Shown here piece by piece: positions 1 to 11,403 of a stretch of DNA of 21,437 nucleotides. The stretch's first letter is position 1, and every line of letters begins with the position of its first letter. A model generated the notes under the pieces. It was not told where the DNA came from. It made no database searches and saw only the letters and a program-made list of their open reading frames with translations. The translations under genes were made by a program, and so were the position numbers. The DNA lies in NCBI GenBank assembly GCA_024626585.2, contig JANKJI020000002.1:30878559-30899995 (forward strand), read 5' to 3'. The DNA comes from Ginkgo biloba. Lineage: Eukaryota; Plantae; Ginkgophyta.

Positions 1-1410
1 GCTTTCCTCCTCTCTTCTTTTTAGACGTTTCTGTTGCTCTACCATTGTGTTACTACATTGTGCTTGTTATTTTAGACTCTAGGTACTTTTAGAATTATTT
101 GGTTGGAGATTCTATAAGCACTCCCTAGATGTACTGTACATGTTTTCCTAGTCCGATTGACTGGTTTTGGTCACTAGTGGAGATTAATATTATTTCATGT
201 GTGTGTGTTTGCATGTGCGTGCATACATGCATGATTAATCCAATTTGCATGATAAGTTACTGAATTCTGTTAGTACCTTATTAAGGCTTGAAATCCAGTT
301 GTCCCACAAAATGATATAATGCAAGCCATTTGGCTTTGTAACCAATCCTTGTTTGTCTGTAACCACTAATTATTTTCTTGATTAATATATTTTGTGCTTT
401 TCAGAGGGGAAAAAAAAAGTCCTATGTTGATGTTTGCTCTGTTCTAGAGTGAAATCTAGGGCTCTGTTTTTTCGTTTTCATGCACTTTTTAGGCCCTTGT
501 TTGGCCTGAAACAAAACCGACCTAAATAAGAAGAAATATTCAAAAACTCTAAAATCATTAACTTGAAGTTGCTAGTGGATCTGAGATTTAGCTCCAGAGA
601 GGCTAGAGGCCCTACCTTGATTAGTAACTTGGATGTACATTTTGGGAGTCCCATTGACTGATTCTTGGTCACTAGTGGGCATTACTTCATTTTCATTTTC
701 CTTTTCTTTTACTTCTTCTGTTACTATATTCTTGTCCTTCTTCCCTTCAATCTTGTAACTGTTGTTNNNNNNNNNNNNNNNNNNNNNNNNNNNNNNNNNN
801 NNNNNNGCAAAGATAGATGTGTTGGCCATGGGAAATTTTGGAGAACCTGCAAGGGTCCAAGGTCAAGAGAAGGGATGGACAGTAATTAGAAAAGAGATTG
901 AATTTATTTTAAGAACACTGTAGAGCATATTTCTGGGGTTCCAATTACAACTCCAAATTACTTAAGTGCATCCATGTTATTGCAGTTCAAAGGCAAATTA
1001 TACATTTTGTGGACACCTTTTGACTCTACAGATTTTGTTCAGTTTATTAAAAGCCTAAATGTGTATGGTATCAGATAGTAAATGAAACAATTGACTTGTA
1101 CCCACCTTTATATAAGAAGCTTGTGTATGAATGTTGAACAATCACCACATTGATCAAATCCAAGATTGCATGTTGTTCTTAAACACTTCATTGTTTGATG
1201 TTTACCTTCCTTGATTAGTCGACTCTTAACCTGTCAAATTAAGCTTCTATTGTTTATTACATAGCCTTAATTCTAAGAGTACAATGAGTTCATACTTTTG
1301 TTGTGATGTAGATTTATTTGTATATCTAAACTATGTTGGCCTAAGTAATTCCTTGGATTTACCTAGTCTTATTCAAGCATTGGCTAATTTCTAGCGATTA
1401 CTCAATGCAG

Positions 1411-1497
1411 CGTGAAGTTGCTCTATATACTGCTTCGAAAGCCAATGTGGCTTTTAGTTGGTTTGATATTGATGGTGATCTTCATCCATTATTCAAG
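1411..1497 (+). CDS. SRFR1: SRFR1/TTC13-like TPR protein, internal coding exon A (87 nt, phase 0/0)
   Basis: CTAAT branch-like motif at 1384, tgcAG acceptor at 1409-1410 and AG|GTATGT donor at 1498. Translates to REVALYTASKANVAFSWFDIDGDLHPLFK, matching the remembered plant SRFR1 motif KE(I/L)ALYTASK...F.WFDIDGDIDPLFK. Joins exon B in frame (PLFK|EAWCKRLHPK). Confidence 0.93.
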
Positions 1498-3812
1498 GTA
1501 TGTAATGTTTAGTTTGCATGCTAATGTTTATTTTGTACTTGAAAGCCACTTGATGTAGTGCTTTGATGGTAACCATGGAAAATCTTATAAGTTATAGCTA
1601 TTTATGTTTGACACAAGAAGGTCGAAATATGTAGAGGTTTTTTTCTTTGAAGATACATTTTGATCTATGTTTGTTTCTCTTAAACCAATAAGAACAATTT
1701 GTTGAAAATTTCTTTGGAATCTTATATATCCACTCAAACTTCATAACTATTTTCCATCACTCAACAATAGGCTTATTTGTTTGAAATAAAAATACATTTA
1801 AAGGGAAGGAGAGAAAATGAATAAAGAAGAATGAAAAACAATGGATTTTTCCAAGGTCTTTAAGTTTCTAGATCTTTTGTTTAACATCTTTTGGCCTTCT
1901 ATTCTTGTCATTGCATGTGAGACAAATACTGTTCTAAAAATAACTGCAGAAAACTAGCAAAGTTAATTTTGGATTAGAAGAAGATCTCTGTGAAGGTTTA
2001 TAACCCTTAGTTCTTAATACATAATGTTTATATCTAGCTGACTGCTCATCAACCATTATGCTAAAAGATGGTATTTAATAATTCCATTTGAACCAAAAAT
2101 TTAATCATAGCTTCAATATGATTATCCTAGTTGAATCAAAACTCTAAACATCACTTCAGTGAAGAATCCACGTCATTGCCACTATAAAAAAATTGGCAAG
2201 GAAAAAATGGTTTGCTTTAAATCACCATATGCAAAGAGAGAGTAATATTAAAAACTTTGCTAAAATGGTTAAATAAGGTCTTAAAAGGTTGTCGACCTAA
2301 TCAATTGAAAGGTTGGCTTTAACACATTAGAGTGCTATGGGGCCAACAGACCTATCTATGGTTAGTGTACCTAGCTTAAGTTTGACCTTGAGGTAAGCAG
2401 AAAGAGGTGCCTTTGTGTATAAAAACAAGCTCCAAGTCATTTGCATCATCATTATTATCATTGTCTATTCGATACATTTATGTCATTTTCTTTTTGTACT
2501 TCTTCTATTTGACCCACTGAGCATTTATTCTCATTTATGAGATTCTTGGACCCTTCTTCTTTAGCTTGACCTATTTCTCTTGACATTGGTCTGCTCTTGA
2601 AGGGTTCAACCTAGTTTGAAGAGTGTTCGGAGAGATTCATTGGGCTTCTAACAATGTTTTTGTCTCATTTATAATGGGGTTAGCCAGTTTTGCTGCCATT
2701 TTGTCCTTTGTTGTTTATTGGTAACAATCCATTCTGGTTGTACCATTGTGAGGGTTCCATTTGCTCTTGTTTATGTTAAAATTGGCTTGAATAACCCACG
2801 AACAACTTGACATGTATTGAACACTTAAGCCTGTAGAATTTGGTATTTCTAATCCCAATGTTTGTCCTTTATCTGTTGATTTTACGTTGTTTTCACAACA
2901 GGGATTTTAGAATTCAGTTTTGCTCACTTTACAGTCTGTTATGGCAGAATTAACTGGGATTTTTGGTCCCCAGTCTATTAGATATGCTTAGGGTTGTCTT
3001 CAGTTGTAAGTTCACGACCTTTTGCATGATTAAATATTGTTGAATGCATGAATGGGATGATTGTTGCCATAGTAGGTTTAGTAACCCAGAAAGAATGCTA
3101 GATTCTTCCCAGAAACCCCTCTAAATAAAACCCTGATTGTAGGGACAAATGGCACGAGTAAATGCAATAGCCATTGTGGGAAACTGGATGAATATGAGAC
3201 ATTTCCAGAATATTCTGGATGAATTACATGATTGCTAATTTGGTCCATTGGTTATAATGTTGCTTGTTAAGTTACAGCATATACCTTATTTAGTCAGCAA
3301 AGATGATAAGCCCCTGTATGCATCAAAATATGTATGGTATGATGTAAGGCATTATATTTAATGAATAACTTGGAGTCTAAAGATGGATTGATTAGATGCA
3401 GACAGGGATATCTATGGGACATGTCTTGGTGCAAGGCCCTTGGCCAAGAGATCCATTGAGATGGTTGTTTGTCATAGGATGAGGGATAGCGCCTTAATAA
3501 CTTACTTTGGTGAGGTTGCCTTGCATCAGAAGCGTTGTTGAGAACCACATTGATGCTTCTATACATTTGCATCATGGGATACTACTCCACAAATGTGGGG
3601 ATGGTTGCATTGGAAAATTTGATATGAAAAAGGACTGGATAGAACTAGTGTCGTCCATGTATTTGTTTTGGCAACTGTGTGTATAAGCTAGTCAGATGTT
3701 TCCGAAGGTGAANNNNNNNNNNNNNNNNNNNNNNNNNNNNNNNNNNNNNNNNNNNNNNNNNNNNNNNNNNNNNNNNNNNNNNNNNNNNNNNNNNNNNNNN
3801 NNNNNNNNNNNN

Positions 3813-4560
3813 AGTCAAAGGTGGTTAGACAATAGTCAGAGGTGGTCAACAACATTTAAGGCAGTCAAACGGTCCAAATCTATAAGTGCAATGCATTTAT
3901 TACCAAATAATGGAGGACAACTGACTTAAATAGGGTTGAACAACCAATTATCATGTCAACCGACCCTAAAAATGCGTCATCTGTCATAAATACGTGGGTT
4001 TGACCAATCAACGTGGAATGATGACGTCAGTTGACCTTGGAAAATGCGTAAGTCGTCATAAATATGTGGGTTTGTCCCGGTCAACGTAGAATTAATGAGG
4101 GCAATTGACTTTTGTACGATTTGATGACTCAAGTTGACATTAAGGATCATTTATGACACGACTTTGATTGGTCAACGTCGTCAACCGACCATGAAACGCA
4201 GAAAGGTGATGCCATCTTCATTCAATACATGGTTTGACTTGGTCAAACTGCCATAATTAATGCCAATGAAATCGTATTTAAAGCTAAAATGGTGCATTTG
4301 TTGCTAATCAACCTTAATTATTGCTAAGAAGTCGCATCTATTGCTAAAAGAGGCGCATTTAATGCTAATTTAGGCTGCAATTAATGAAATGTACGGTCAT
4401 GACCTAAATTTAGAAGAGTTATATCATTTCATTTATGAATAGAGAGAAAATCTATAAAAAGGGTTATTTATGACTTAGAAANNNNNNNNNNNNNNGAAAA
4501 CCGTGAGATCTGAGATATCAACAATTATTATTGGTTTCTAGCATTTAATGCTATATTCCA
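3813..4560. mobile_element. LTR-like fragment with many GGTCAA/TTGACC motifs, an internal ~72-bp tandem duplication and a TATA-like box
   Basis: Locally CpG-rich compared with the flanks, repeated (A/G)GTCAA motifs, CTATAAAAAGG near 4452. Begins at a 100-N gap. Element termini not identified. Confidence 0.45.
3962..4110 (+). repeat. Degenerate two-unit tandem repeat, ~72-77 bp per unit
   Basis: gaccctaaaaatgcgtcatctgtcataaatacgtgggtttgaccaatcaacgtggaatgatgacgtcagtt versus gaccttggaaaatgcgtaagtcgtcataaatatgtgggtttgtcccggtcaacgtagaattaatgagggcaattgact. Confidence 0.8.
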
Positions 4561-5254
4561 AGAATATTCTATGTACTATCATGATTAATTAATGATGATT
4601 CTTTTGTACCCCACAAATTCTTTTGAGTTTCTTATGATTTTTGTATGTATGTGTAATTAATGCATGCTTAATCAATAAATGACAATTAACCACCCTTTGG
4701 TTTAAGTGGGTCCCACATTTTTAACCAACACCACCCAAGGTTTATAAACTCTTGAATCACCTAGCAAGATAATTGAACATCCATTGATCATGTAGTGAGA
4801 GATTTATAGGTCATCCACAATCACAAAGTGTTCCAAGGTCTGTCTAATGACCTCCTCCACGACCTAGTTGTCCATGGAAATATGCCTTCTTGCCTCAATC
4901 CCTCTCTTAACATCCAAGGTTGAAGCTCACCTGTCTAGAACAAAAGAACTAGTGACAAGTCCACCTCCCCCAAATTTAGATTCGTCTCTCCCAATCCTAT
5001 AAGTATCTCCCCTAATGCGTCTAGGGTGTCTCCTGTTAGTCTGTGTATAAGGTTGACGATAATTAGCCTAGGTCCTTGAATAATGTCACGTGACTTGTTG
5101 AAGGTCCTGTGTGTCTCTCAAGCACTTTTTTCCTATCATTGGAATTGTTGGCTGAAGAAGGTGATGATGTTCTAGACTNNNNNNNNNNNNNNNNNNNNNN
5201 NNNNNNNNNNNNNNNNNNNNNNNNNNNNNNNNNNNNNNNNNNNNNNNNNNNNNN

Positions 5255-6172
5255 CACATTGTTGATCCTTGTATGAAACAAATATAGAGAGGAACTCTCT
5301 TCTATCTTTGAAAAGGTAGTAGTACCACCCTCTAATCTCATAAAAGAGAAGGCATCAAAATGTGAAATGCTCCTCTGTCTCTACTTCTAGTGAGTAAAGT
5401 CTACAAATGTTTTGATCTTTAGGTATGTGATGTTCTACTTCTATCTGAAGTTGATGGGATCATACTCTGAGTTGCTTGATGGGGAATTGCATACCTTGCA
5501 ACATATGCAGACATAAGTAATCTGGAGGGTCAATGGTGTCTTCGGGGATATAGAGGAAATGCTCACAGTAGGAGGCTAAATTGGGGCTAAGATTCTTGGG
5601 TGGAGAGATCCACATGGATTGGATGTAGGCACTATAAATCTCCTCTCGGATCTACTCATTAATCTTTGTCTTTGTGAGTAGGAGATCATGTGCATCCAAT
5701 GAGAATTTGCAAGTCTTACAACTAGGTGGAGGACTTGTAAATGTCCTCTTGGAATTGCTTAAAATCTACTTCTTTGTGAGTAGGAGAGTATGTACATCTA
5801 ATGAGAATTTAAAAGGCGATAGTTACAGAATCCCACTAACAATCTATCAATTAATATCTTGATAGTCTATAGCAAGGCAAAATCGTCATTCTACCAGTCA
5901 CACCTACATCTATTAGTCTCCTTTTCGGTCAATATTTGAGAGGAGCATAAGGATAGATATGGGTACTACCCTCCCCCTATGTGGATGTTCGGCATGGCTT
6001 AGATTCTATGTAGATATGTGCAAATATAGAATATAGTGTCCAAGTAGAATGGTTGAGCTCCCAACTTTGCTTGAACAATACTTTGAGGTACTATCCATTT
6101 GCAATGGATAATCCTGGATAAGATAAGAATTTGGACCCTCTCTAGTTGTGCCTAATCACTTGTGGGTAAGCT
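5255..6172 (-). mobile_element. Degenerate LINE (RTE/RTEX-like) ORF2 C-terminal fragment, copy 1
   Basis: Minus strand reads IKQLRV*SHQLQIEVEHHIPKDQNICRLYSLEVETEEHFTF*CLLFYEIRG, a decayed RxSSHxLxIE...CxxC...EEHFxFxCxxYxxIR zinc-knuckle tail. Aligns by eye with 7620-8230. Contains multiple stops. Confidence 0.8.
5669..5810 (+). repeat. 40-bp direct repeat pair (5669-5708 and 5771-5810, 36/40 identical) inside LINE copy 1
   Basis: tctttgtgagtaggagatcatgtgcatccaatgagaattt versus tctttgtgagtaggagagtatgtacatctaatgagaattt. Confidence 0.85.
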
Positions 6173-6174
6173 AG

Positions 6175-7518
6175 TGATCCGTTTTCGGATCCAAAAACTA
6201 ATTTTGTCAAATTTTAATAAAAACCCAACTTGTAGTCTTTTGAGAAAATCTATGCAAATTTAGCTGAAGAAAAAGTTGCAGTATTTCCTACAAGCTTTAA
6301 AATGATCCCAAGCGCACGTAAAACGGAGTTGTGGATCAAAAGTTATGATATAATTCGTAGCTGCCTGGAAAATAGTGAATTTGTTGTTAAGGCTAAAATT
6401 ATGAGATTGTCTGGGGTCCAACTTCTTTATTAGTTGCCAAATGCTTCTGAGACCCTCACCAAACATCCTGAAATGGGGGTAATCCTTTAACTTTTAAGTT
6501 TAAAAATTTAAGTTATATTAGTTAAGATTATAGTATGTAACTTCTTAAAGTCCGTAAAGGAGCCCTTCTCCCAACACAACCAAATTTTGGCCTTCTCCAA
6601 CACTTTGTCAAAAAGTGACATTTCGGGATTTTGGACCTTCAGGAGATTGGGGATTCAGGCTTCTTGCCGACTCAAGTGAAGATGCACCTCACAAAAGCTC
6701 TGAACTCCGCGGACCCGATATATCATACAATGTGGTTCTGAAAGCTTTTTGGTTCTGTAACTCAATAAAAGGTCAAAGGTGTAAAGAGACTTTGGGAGTT
6801 TGACACTCGAGGATTCCGAAGTGAGTTTCGCCCAACACCTTCAAAAACGTCCAATTTGAATGGACCTAAAATGCAATCAAGCAGAGTTTTGGGGATTTTT
6901 GGAATTCCAAAATTAAAAGGTGAGAAAAGGGCATAAATAAAGTTAGCTTCTCAAAATGATTCAACTTCTTCTTGGGTAATTGCGAAACTAAATAGGGAAA
7001 AGAAGGAAAGGAAGATCAAGAGGCAGAGGAGGCATCCATATGGATAGTCATAGAGAGTATCAGATAAACAAAAAGATGAATCCAAAATAGATCCATTCAA
7101 ACCAAAGAGGAGGACAGATCCATTCAAGATAAAGAGGAGGATAGAGCCACTTAAAGAGAAAGAGGAGGACAGGTCCACTCAAAGAGAAAGAGGAGGGAAA
7201 ATCCACTAAAATTAAAGAGGAGGAAAATCCACTCATTCAAGAGGAGGACATAGAGCCATTCATCCAAGAGGATAACTCATCCATCTTCAAAGTTGAAGGA
7301 ATAAAGGTGGAATCATTCTGCATGCAAGAAGAAAAGAAGAACAAAGGAGAGGGAGAGAGTTTTTGAAAATAGATAAGCTCCACTCCATTGTTGAACTTGT
7401 AATTTTATGTGCAAAGATCTGTGTGAGTGCATTTTAAAATAGTAGTAAGGAACATGAATTGTAATTATTGTTTGCAAAAGAGTTTCTAATATCATTATGG
7501 AGTTTTATTCCCTATGAG
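6175..7518. mobile_element. Probable Ty3/gypsy LTR or non-coding segment abutting the truncated 5' side of LINE copy 1
   Basis: Starts with TG where LINE homology stops. Carries AAAGTTG(C/T)AG...AAACGGAGTTGTGGATCAAAAGTTATG, a motif typical of plant gypsy LTRs. CpG-richer than the flanks; ends at a 100-N gap. Confidence 0.55.
7104..7285 (+). repeat. Purine-rich minisatellite, about 7 units of 25-28 bp (AAAGAGGAGGAnAGATCCAyTCAAnnn)
   Basis: Units start at about 7104, 7131, 7159, 7187, 7214, 7239 and 7266. Confidence 0.85.
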
Positions 7519-7618
7519 NNNNNNNNNNNNNNNNNNNNNNNNNNNNNNNNNNNNNNNNNNNNNNNNNNNNNNNNNNNNNNNNNNNNNNNNNNNNNNNNNN
7601 NNNNNNNNNNNNNNNNNN

Positions 7619-9135
7619 CTCTGTAAATGATTTTTTGTCTTTATCCAAAGTTGATGGGAGCAGACTTTGAATTGCCCAATAAGGAACCACATACCATGTG
7701 ACATATGCAGACATAGGAAGCTTGGAGGATCAATGGTGCCTTAAAAAATATAGAGAAAGCGCTCACGGTAGAAGGTCAGTTTAGAGATAAGAGAGATCCA
7801 CATGGATTGAATGTAGGCTTCATAAGTATTGGATGGACATTAGTCTCCTTCCTCGTAAGTTAGAGATTAGGTGTATCTAATGAGTATTTGAAAGGTGACA
7901 GTCTATCAATTGATATCTTGATTGTTTGTAACAGTGTAGAAATCTTATTATACTTGCCACATTGACACCTAGTGGTCTCCTTCTCTGTTAATATCCATGA
8001 TGAACATAATGCTAGATATGGGAATTGTCCCTTCCTAGTGTGGGTGTTTTCCATGCCACGAACTCGGTGCAAGTGTGTGCAGATTGAGTATATAGTATCT
8101 AGGTGGAGTGTGTGAGTGCCCAACTTTGCTTAGACGACACTGTGCGGTACCATCCCTTTGCTTCAGATAATCCTGTATAGCATAAGCATTTCGAGTCTCT
8201 CCAATTGCGCTTAATCATTTGTAGATAAGGTGAGCCTCCACACCTCTCATCCATAAAGGGCTATCGGCTTCACTAATGTGTTAAACAACATCTATTTAGT
8301 ATGAATGTCATGGAACTAGTGTTGGAAGCACGACCTTTCAAGAAGTGAAAGGGAGGTGTATCCCTTACAAAACAAAGACTTAGTTGTTGGATGCATGTTG
8401 AAGGTAGGACCACAGAATTGTACACCAAGATAGGTATAAGAGGATACCATGTCAACTATGTGATCTTGGAAGGTGAAGCCAAGTCATGAAGTGGTACTTG
8501 CAAATGTGTTGAAGACGATAACCTTCATCTTGCAAAAGTTAACGTTGAGGCCTCAATTATTAGAAAAAGAGGCAAGAGCATCTAACTGTCTCTAGAGCCC
8601 CTTAGGAGTGGAGGGTAGAAGAAAAACATCATCAAGTAAATGAAGGAGAGCAATAAGGATATCATAGAGGAAACATCCATCCTCTCCTTGTGTAACTTCT
8701 TAGAGATGTTGTTAGAGCTTATCAATAAACAAACCAAAGAAAATGGTTGAGAGCGGGCATCCCTGTTTGACAACAATCGTAATTTGAATGTCAAACACGA
8801 CCTTTAACCTACTCATATAATGTAATAACTATAGTGGTAATGAACTTTGGATGTCCAACCTATGTAAGCTCTCTATGTGTAGATGTCTAAACACTTTGTT
8901 AAATGATTTCTGGAAGTCTACAAAACAATAGTGGACTTTTGAATGCCTATCTTTGGCCTCCTCAATAATATCTCTAAGTGTAAAAGTATGGTTTAGGATC
9001 TAATGGTTCTAGCAGAAACCTGCTTTCCCATTTTCTATGAGGCGCTCCTTTGCGCCCTTTGTCCAAAAGAGCTCAGCTATATCGTGCCTGATCATTATGG
9101 CACTATAATTCCCTGTGTCTAATCTGTCTCTTCAT
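7619..9135 (-). mobile_element. Degenerate LINE (RTE/RTEX-like) ORF2 reverse transcriptase pseudogene, copy 2
   Basis: Minus strand gives collinear RT motifs with in-frame stops: GKAGF..HTFTLRDIIEEAK..KVHYCFVDFQKSF, VKQGCPLSTIFFGLFIDKL, LLHLLDDVFLL (decayed YADD), GL*RQLDAL, LNVNFCKMKVIVFN, SYTYLGVQF, and downstream QFKVCSHQLWIKT. Bounded by 100-N gaps on both sides. Confidence 0.9.
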
Positions 9136-9235
9136 NNNNNNNNNNNNNNNNNNNNNNNNNNNNNNNNNNNNNNNNNNNNNNNNNNNNNNNNNNNNNNNNN
9201 NNNNNNNNNNNNNNNNNNNNNNNNNNNNNNNNNNN

Positions 9236-9620
9236 CTTGTTGAGAAGTTGGAGGTAGAAGTAATTCAAAGGACAAAATCTTTGGTGCCAAAGAGAACTTT
9301 TGGATTTGATATCTGCCACCAACGCATGTTGCTTTCTACAACTCCATCAAACTTGGATAGACTTGCTTCTTCAATGCACCTTGCAACAGTTTTCTGGGAC
9401 ATGTCTTTGATTAAGCACAAACCCCTTTTGAATTCTACCTCCAAATCTTGCATAACAATCTCACTGATTGAAAGCAAATTCCTTNNNNNNNNNNGAACAT
9501 AAAGAACATTATCAATTCTTTTCAATTCACCATCAGGCAATCTTATAGGAATGGAACCCTTACCCACCACCTTGTATGAAGAGTCATCGCCAAGTTCCAC
9601 ATCATGCTGTTTGCTTTCTC
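9236..9620 (-). mobile_element. Ty1/copia pol fragment (protease-adjacent beta-barrel region plus GAG-pre-integrase)
   Basis: ORF 9265..9600 VELGDDSSYKVVGKGSIPIRL...NVLYV...NLLSIS...VEF...CLIKD and frameshifted SSLWHQRFCPLN (LWHxRxGHLN motif). Confidence 0.9.
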
Positions 9621-10663
9621 TATACTCCAGACATTCATGCTCTTTATGTCCCTCTTATCTCCATTTAGTAGATTAAACTTCCTTTCGTTTCTTGGGTTTC
9701 TTGTAATTCATCATTTGTTTCATCAATCATGCCATATCTTCGTGCAGTGCTTCCATTGTCAAGTTTCCTTCCTCCTTTTCATCATCATACATCACACAAG
9801 TCAATCTGTCTGTCTGCTCCGACTCAAGACTAAGAACTATTTTCAATGCCTCCTCATATGTAGATGGCAGGATTATCCCCATCTTTTTCTTATACTTTGG
9901 CAAAAGTCCTTCCATGAACTGCAAAATTTTTTTGAAGACTTGGTTGGATTCATTCCCCTTGTTAATGCCTTCAATTTATTATTATACTCTCTCATCATCT
10001 ATCCCTGATTGTATTGCAAGTTACAGATTTGATGTTTAACATCCCTATGATCACGCACTAATTGAAATTCTTTAACTAACTGCCCCTTCAATTCCTTCCA
10101 ATTTTTGAAATGACCCTTAGCAATTTCGTTATACCAATCATTTGCTTTGTCTTGCAAGCTTGTTGGAAAAATCTTCAACCACTCCATCTCGTTTTCAACG
10201 CCATTATATGCCCTTACGGTCTCACAAATTTTACAACGTCTTGTGGGGTGTTCAATTTTCACACCACTGAAAGCTGACAACCTCTGCCTCTCAATCATCC
10301 TAATTGGAGGCTCCATTTTTCCATTTTTGCAATTATAATGAGGCTTTCTTACTTGAAGAAGTTATTGCCATATCCCCTTAGACAGACATTGGTTGTCCTC
10401 TTGCAGAATAAACTACCACAGTTCTCCGTCTATTCTCCTTGGACCACAGTAACAATCTTTCCTTTGATAGACTTTGTCAAATAGGCCCCTTGCTCGAATT
10501 CCCACCTTAGTACTAGCTTCTCCTTTTCTCCTTAGTATGTTATCACAACTATCTCTACTACCTTTGGATATTAACAGGGCATCTTTGAGATTCAGTTGTG
10601 CAAATCTTTGCTCCACATCTTCCACAATGGTCAGTGCTCTCCTTTCCTTTCAATAGCCTATTT
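9621..10663 (-). mobile_element. Ty3/gypsy-type gag fragment (Retrotrans_gag-like), degenerate
   Basis: ORF 9999..10316 reads FSG...EHP...WLKIFPTSLQDKANDWYNEI...FKNWKELKGQLVKEF...ICNLQ. ORF 9727..9924 reads FMEGLLP...PSTYEEAL. Stops and frameshifts lie between them. Confidence 0.82.
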
Positions 10664-11403
10664 NNNNNNNNNNNNNNNNNNNNNNNNNNNNNNNNNNNNN
10701 NNNNNNNNNNNNNNNNNNNNNNNNNNNNNNNNNNNNNNNNNNNNNNNNNNNNNNNNNNNNNNNNNNNNNNNNNNNNNNNNNNNNNNNNNNNNNNNNNNNN
10801 NNNNNNNNNNNNNNNNNNNNNNNNNNNNNNNNNNNNNNNNNNNNNNNNNNNNNNNNNNNNNNNNNNNNNNNNNNNNNNNNNNNNNNNNNNNNNNNNNNNN
10901 NNNNNNNNNNNNNNNNNNNNNNNNNNNNNNNNNNNNNNNNNNNNNNNNNNNNNNNNNNNNNNNNNNNNNNNNNNNNNNNNNNNNNNNNNNNNNNNNNNNN
11001 NNNNNNNNNNNNNNNNNNNNNNNNNNNNNNNNNNNNNNNNNNNNNNNNNNNNNNNNNNNNNNNNNNNNNNNNNNNNNNNNNNNNNNNNNNNNNNNNNNNN
11101 NNNNNNNNNNNNNNNNNNNNNNNNNNNNNNNNNNNNNNNNNNNNNNNNNNNNNNNNNNNNNNNNNNNNNNNNNNNNNNNNNNNNNNNNNNNNNNNNNNNN
11201 NNNNNNNNNNNNNNNNNNNNNNNNNNNNNNNNNNNNNNNNNNNNNNNNNNNNNNNNNNNNNNNNNNNNNNNNNNNNNNNNNNNNNNNNNNNNNNNNNNNN
11301 NNNNNNNNNNNNNNNNNNNNNNNNNNNNNNNNNNNNNNNNNNNNNNNNNNNNNNNNNNNNNNNNNNNNNNNNNNNNNNNNNNNNNNNNNNNNNNNNNNNN
11401 NNN

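Noticed and set aside
197-233. (TG)n/TGCA alternating purine-pyrimidine tract
   Set aside because: A short, impure microsatellite that is common in plant introns.
1392-1410. Alternative TAG acceptor at 1392-1394 for exon A
   Set aside because: It lies only a few nt after the CTAAT branch motif and gives an immediate frameshift and stop. The CAG at 1408-1410 restores the conserved peptide.
1205-2310. Inverted pair TTGATTAGTCGAC (1211-1223) / GTCGACCTAATCAA (2291-2304) flanking exon A, as a possible exon-looping or circRNA element
   Set aside because: Only about 13 bp with an indel and poor extension. Too weak to support a structural claim.
2400-3712. Possible coding remnant, including ORF 3294..3575
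   Set aside because: No recognisable motif in the frames I translated. Probably old TE debris, but unassignable.
7104-7285. Possible CRISPR-like repeat-spacer array
   Set aside because: The variable parts are short and homologous to each other, there are no cas genes, and the context is a eukaryotic intron. It is a minisatellite.
9136-9235. Apparent fusion of copia pol to LINE RT
   Set aside because: The two are separated by a 100-N gap of unknown size, so adjacency is not established.
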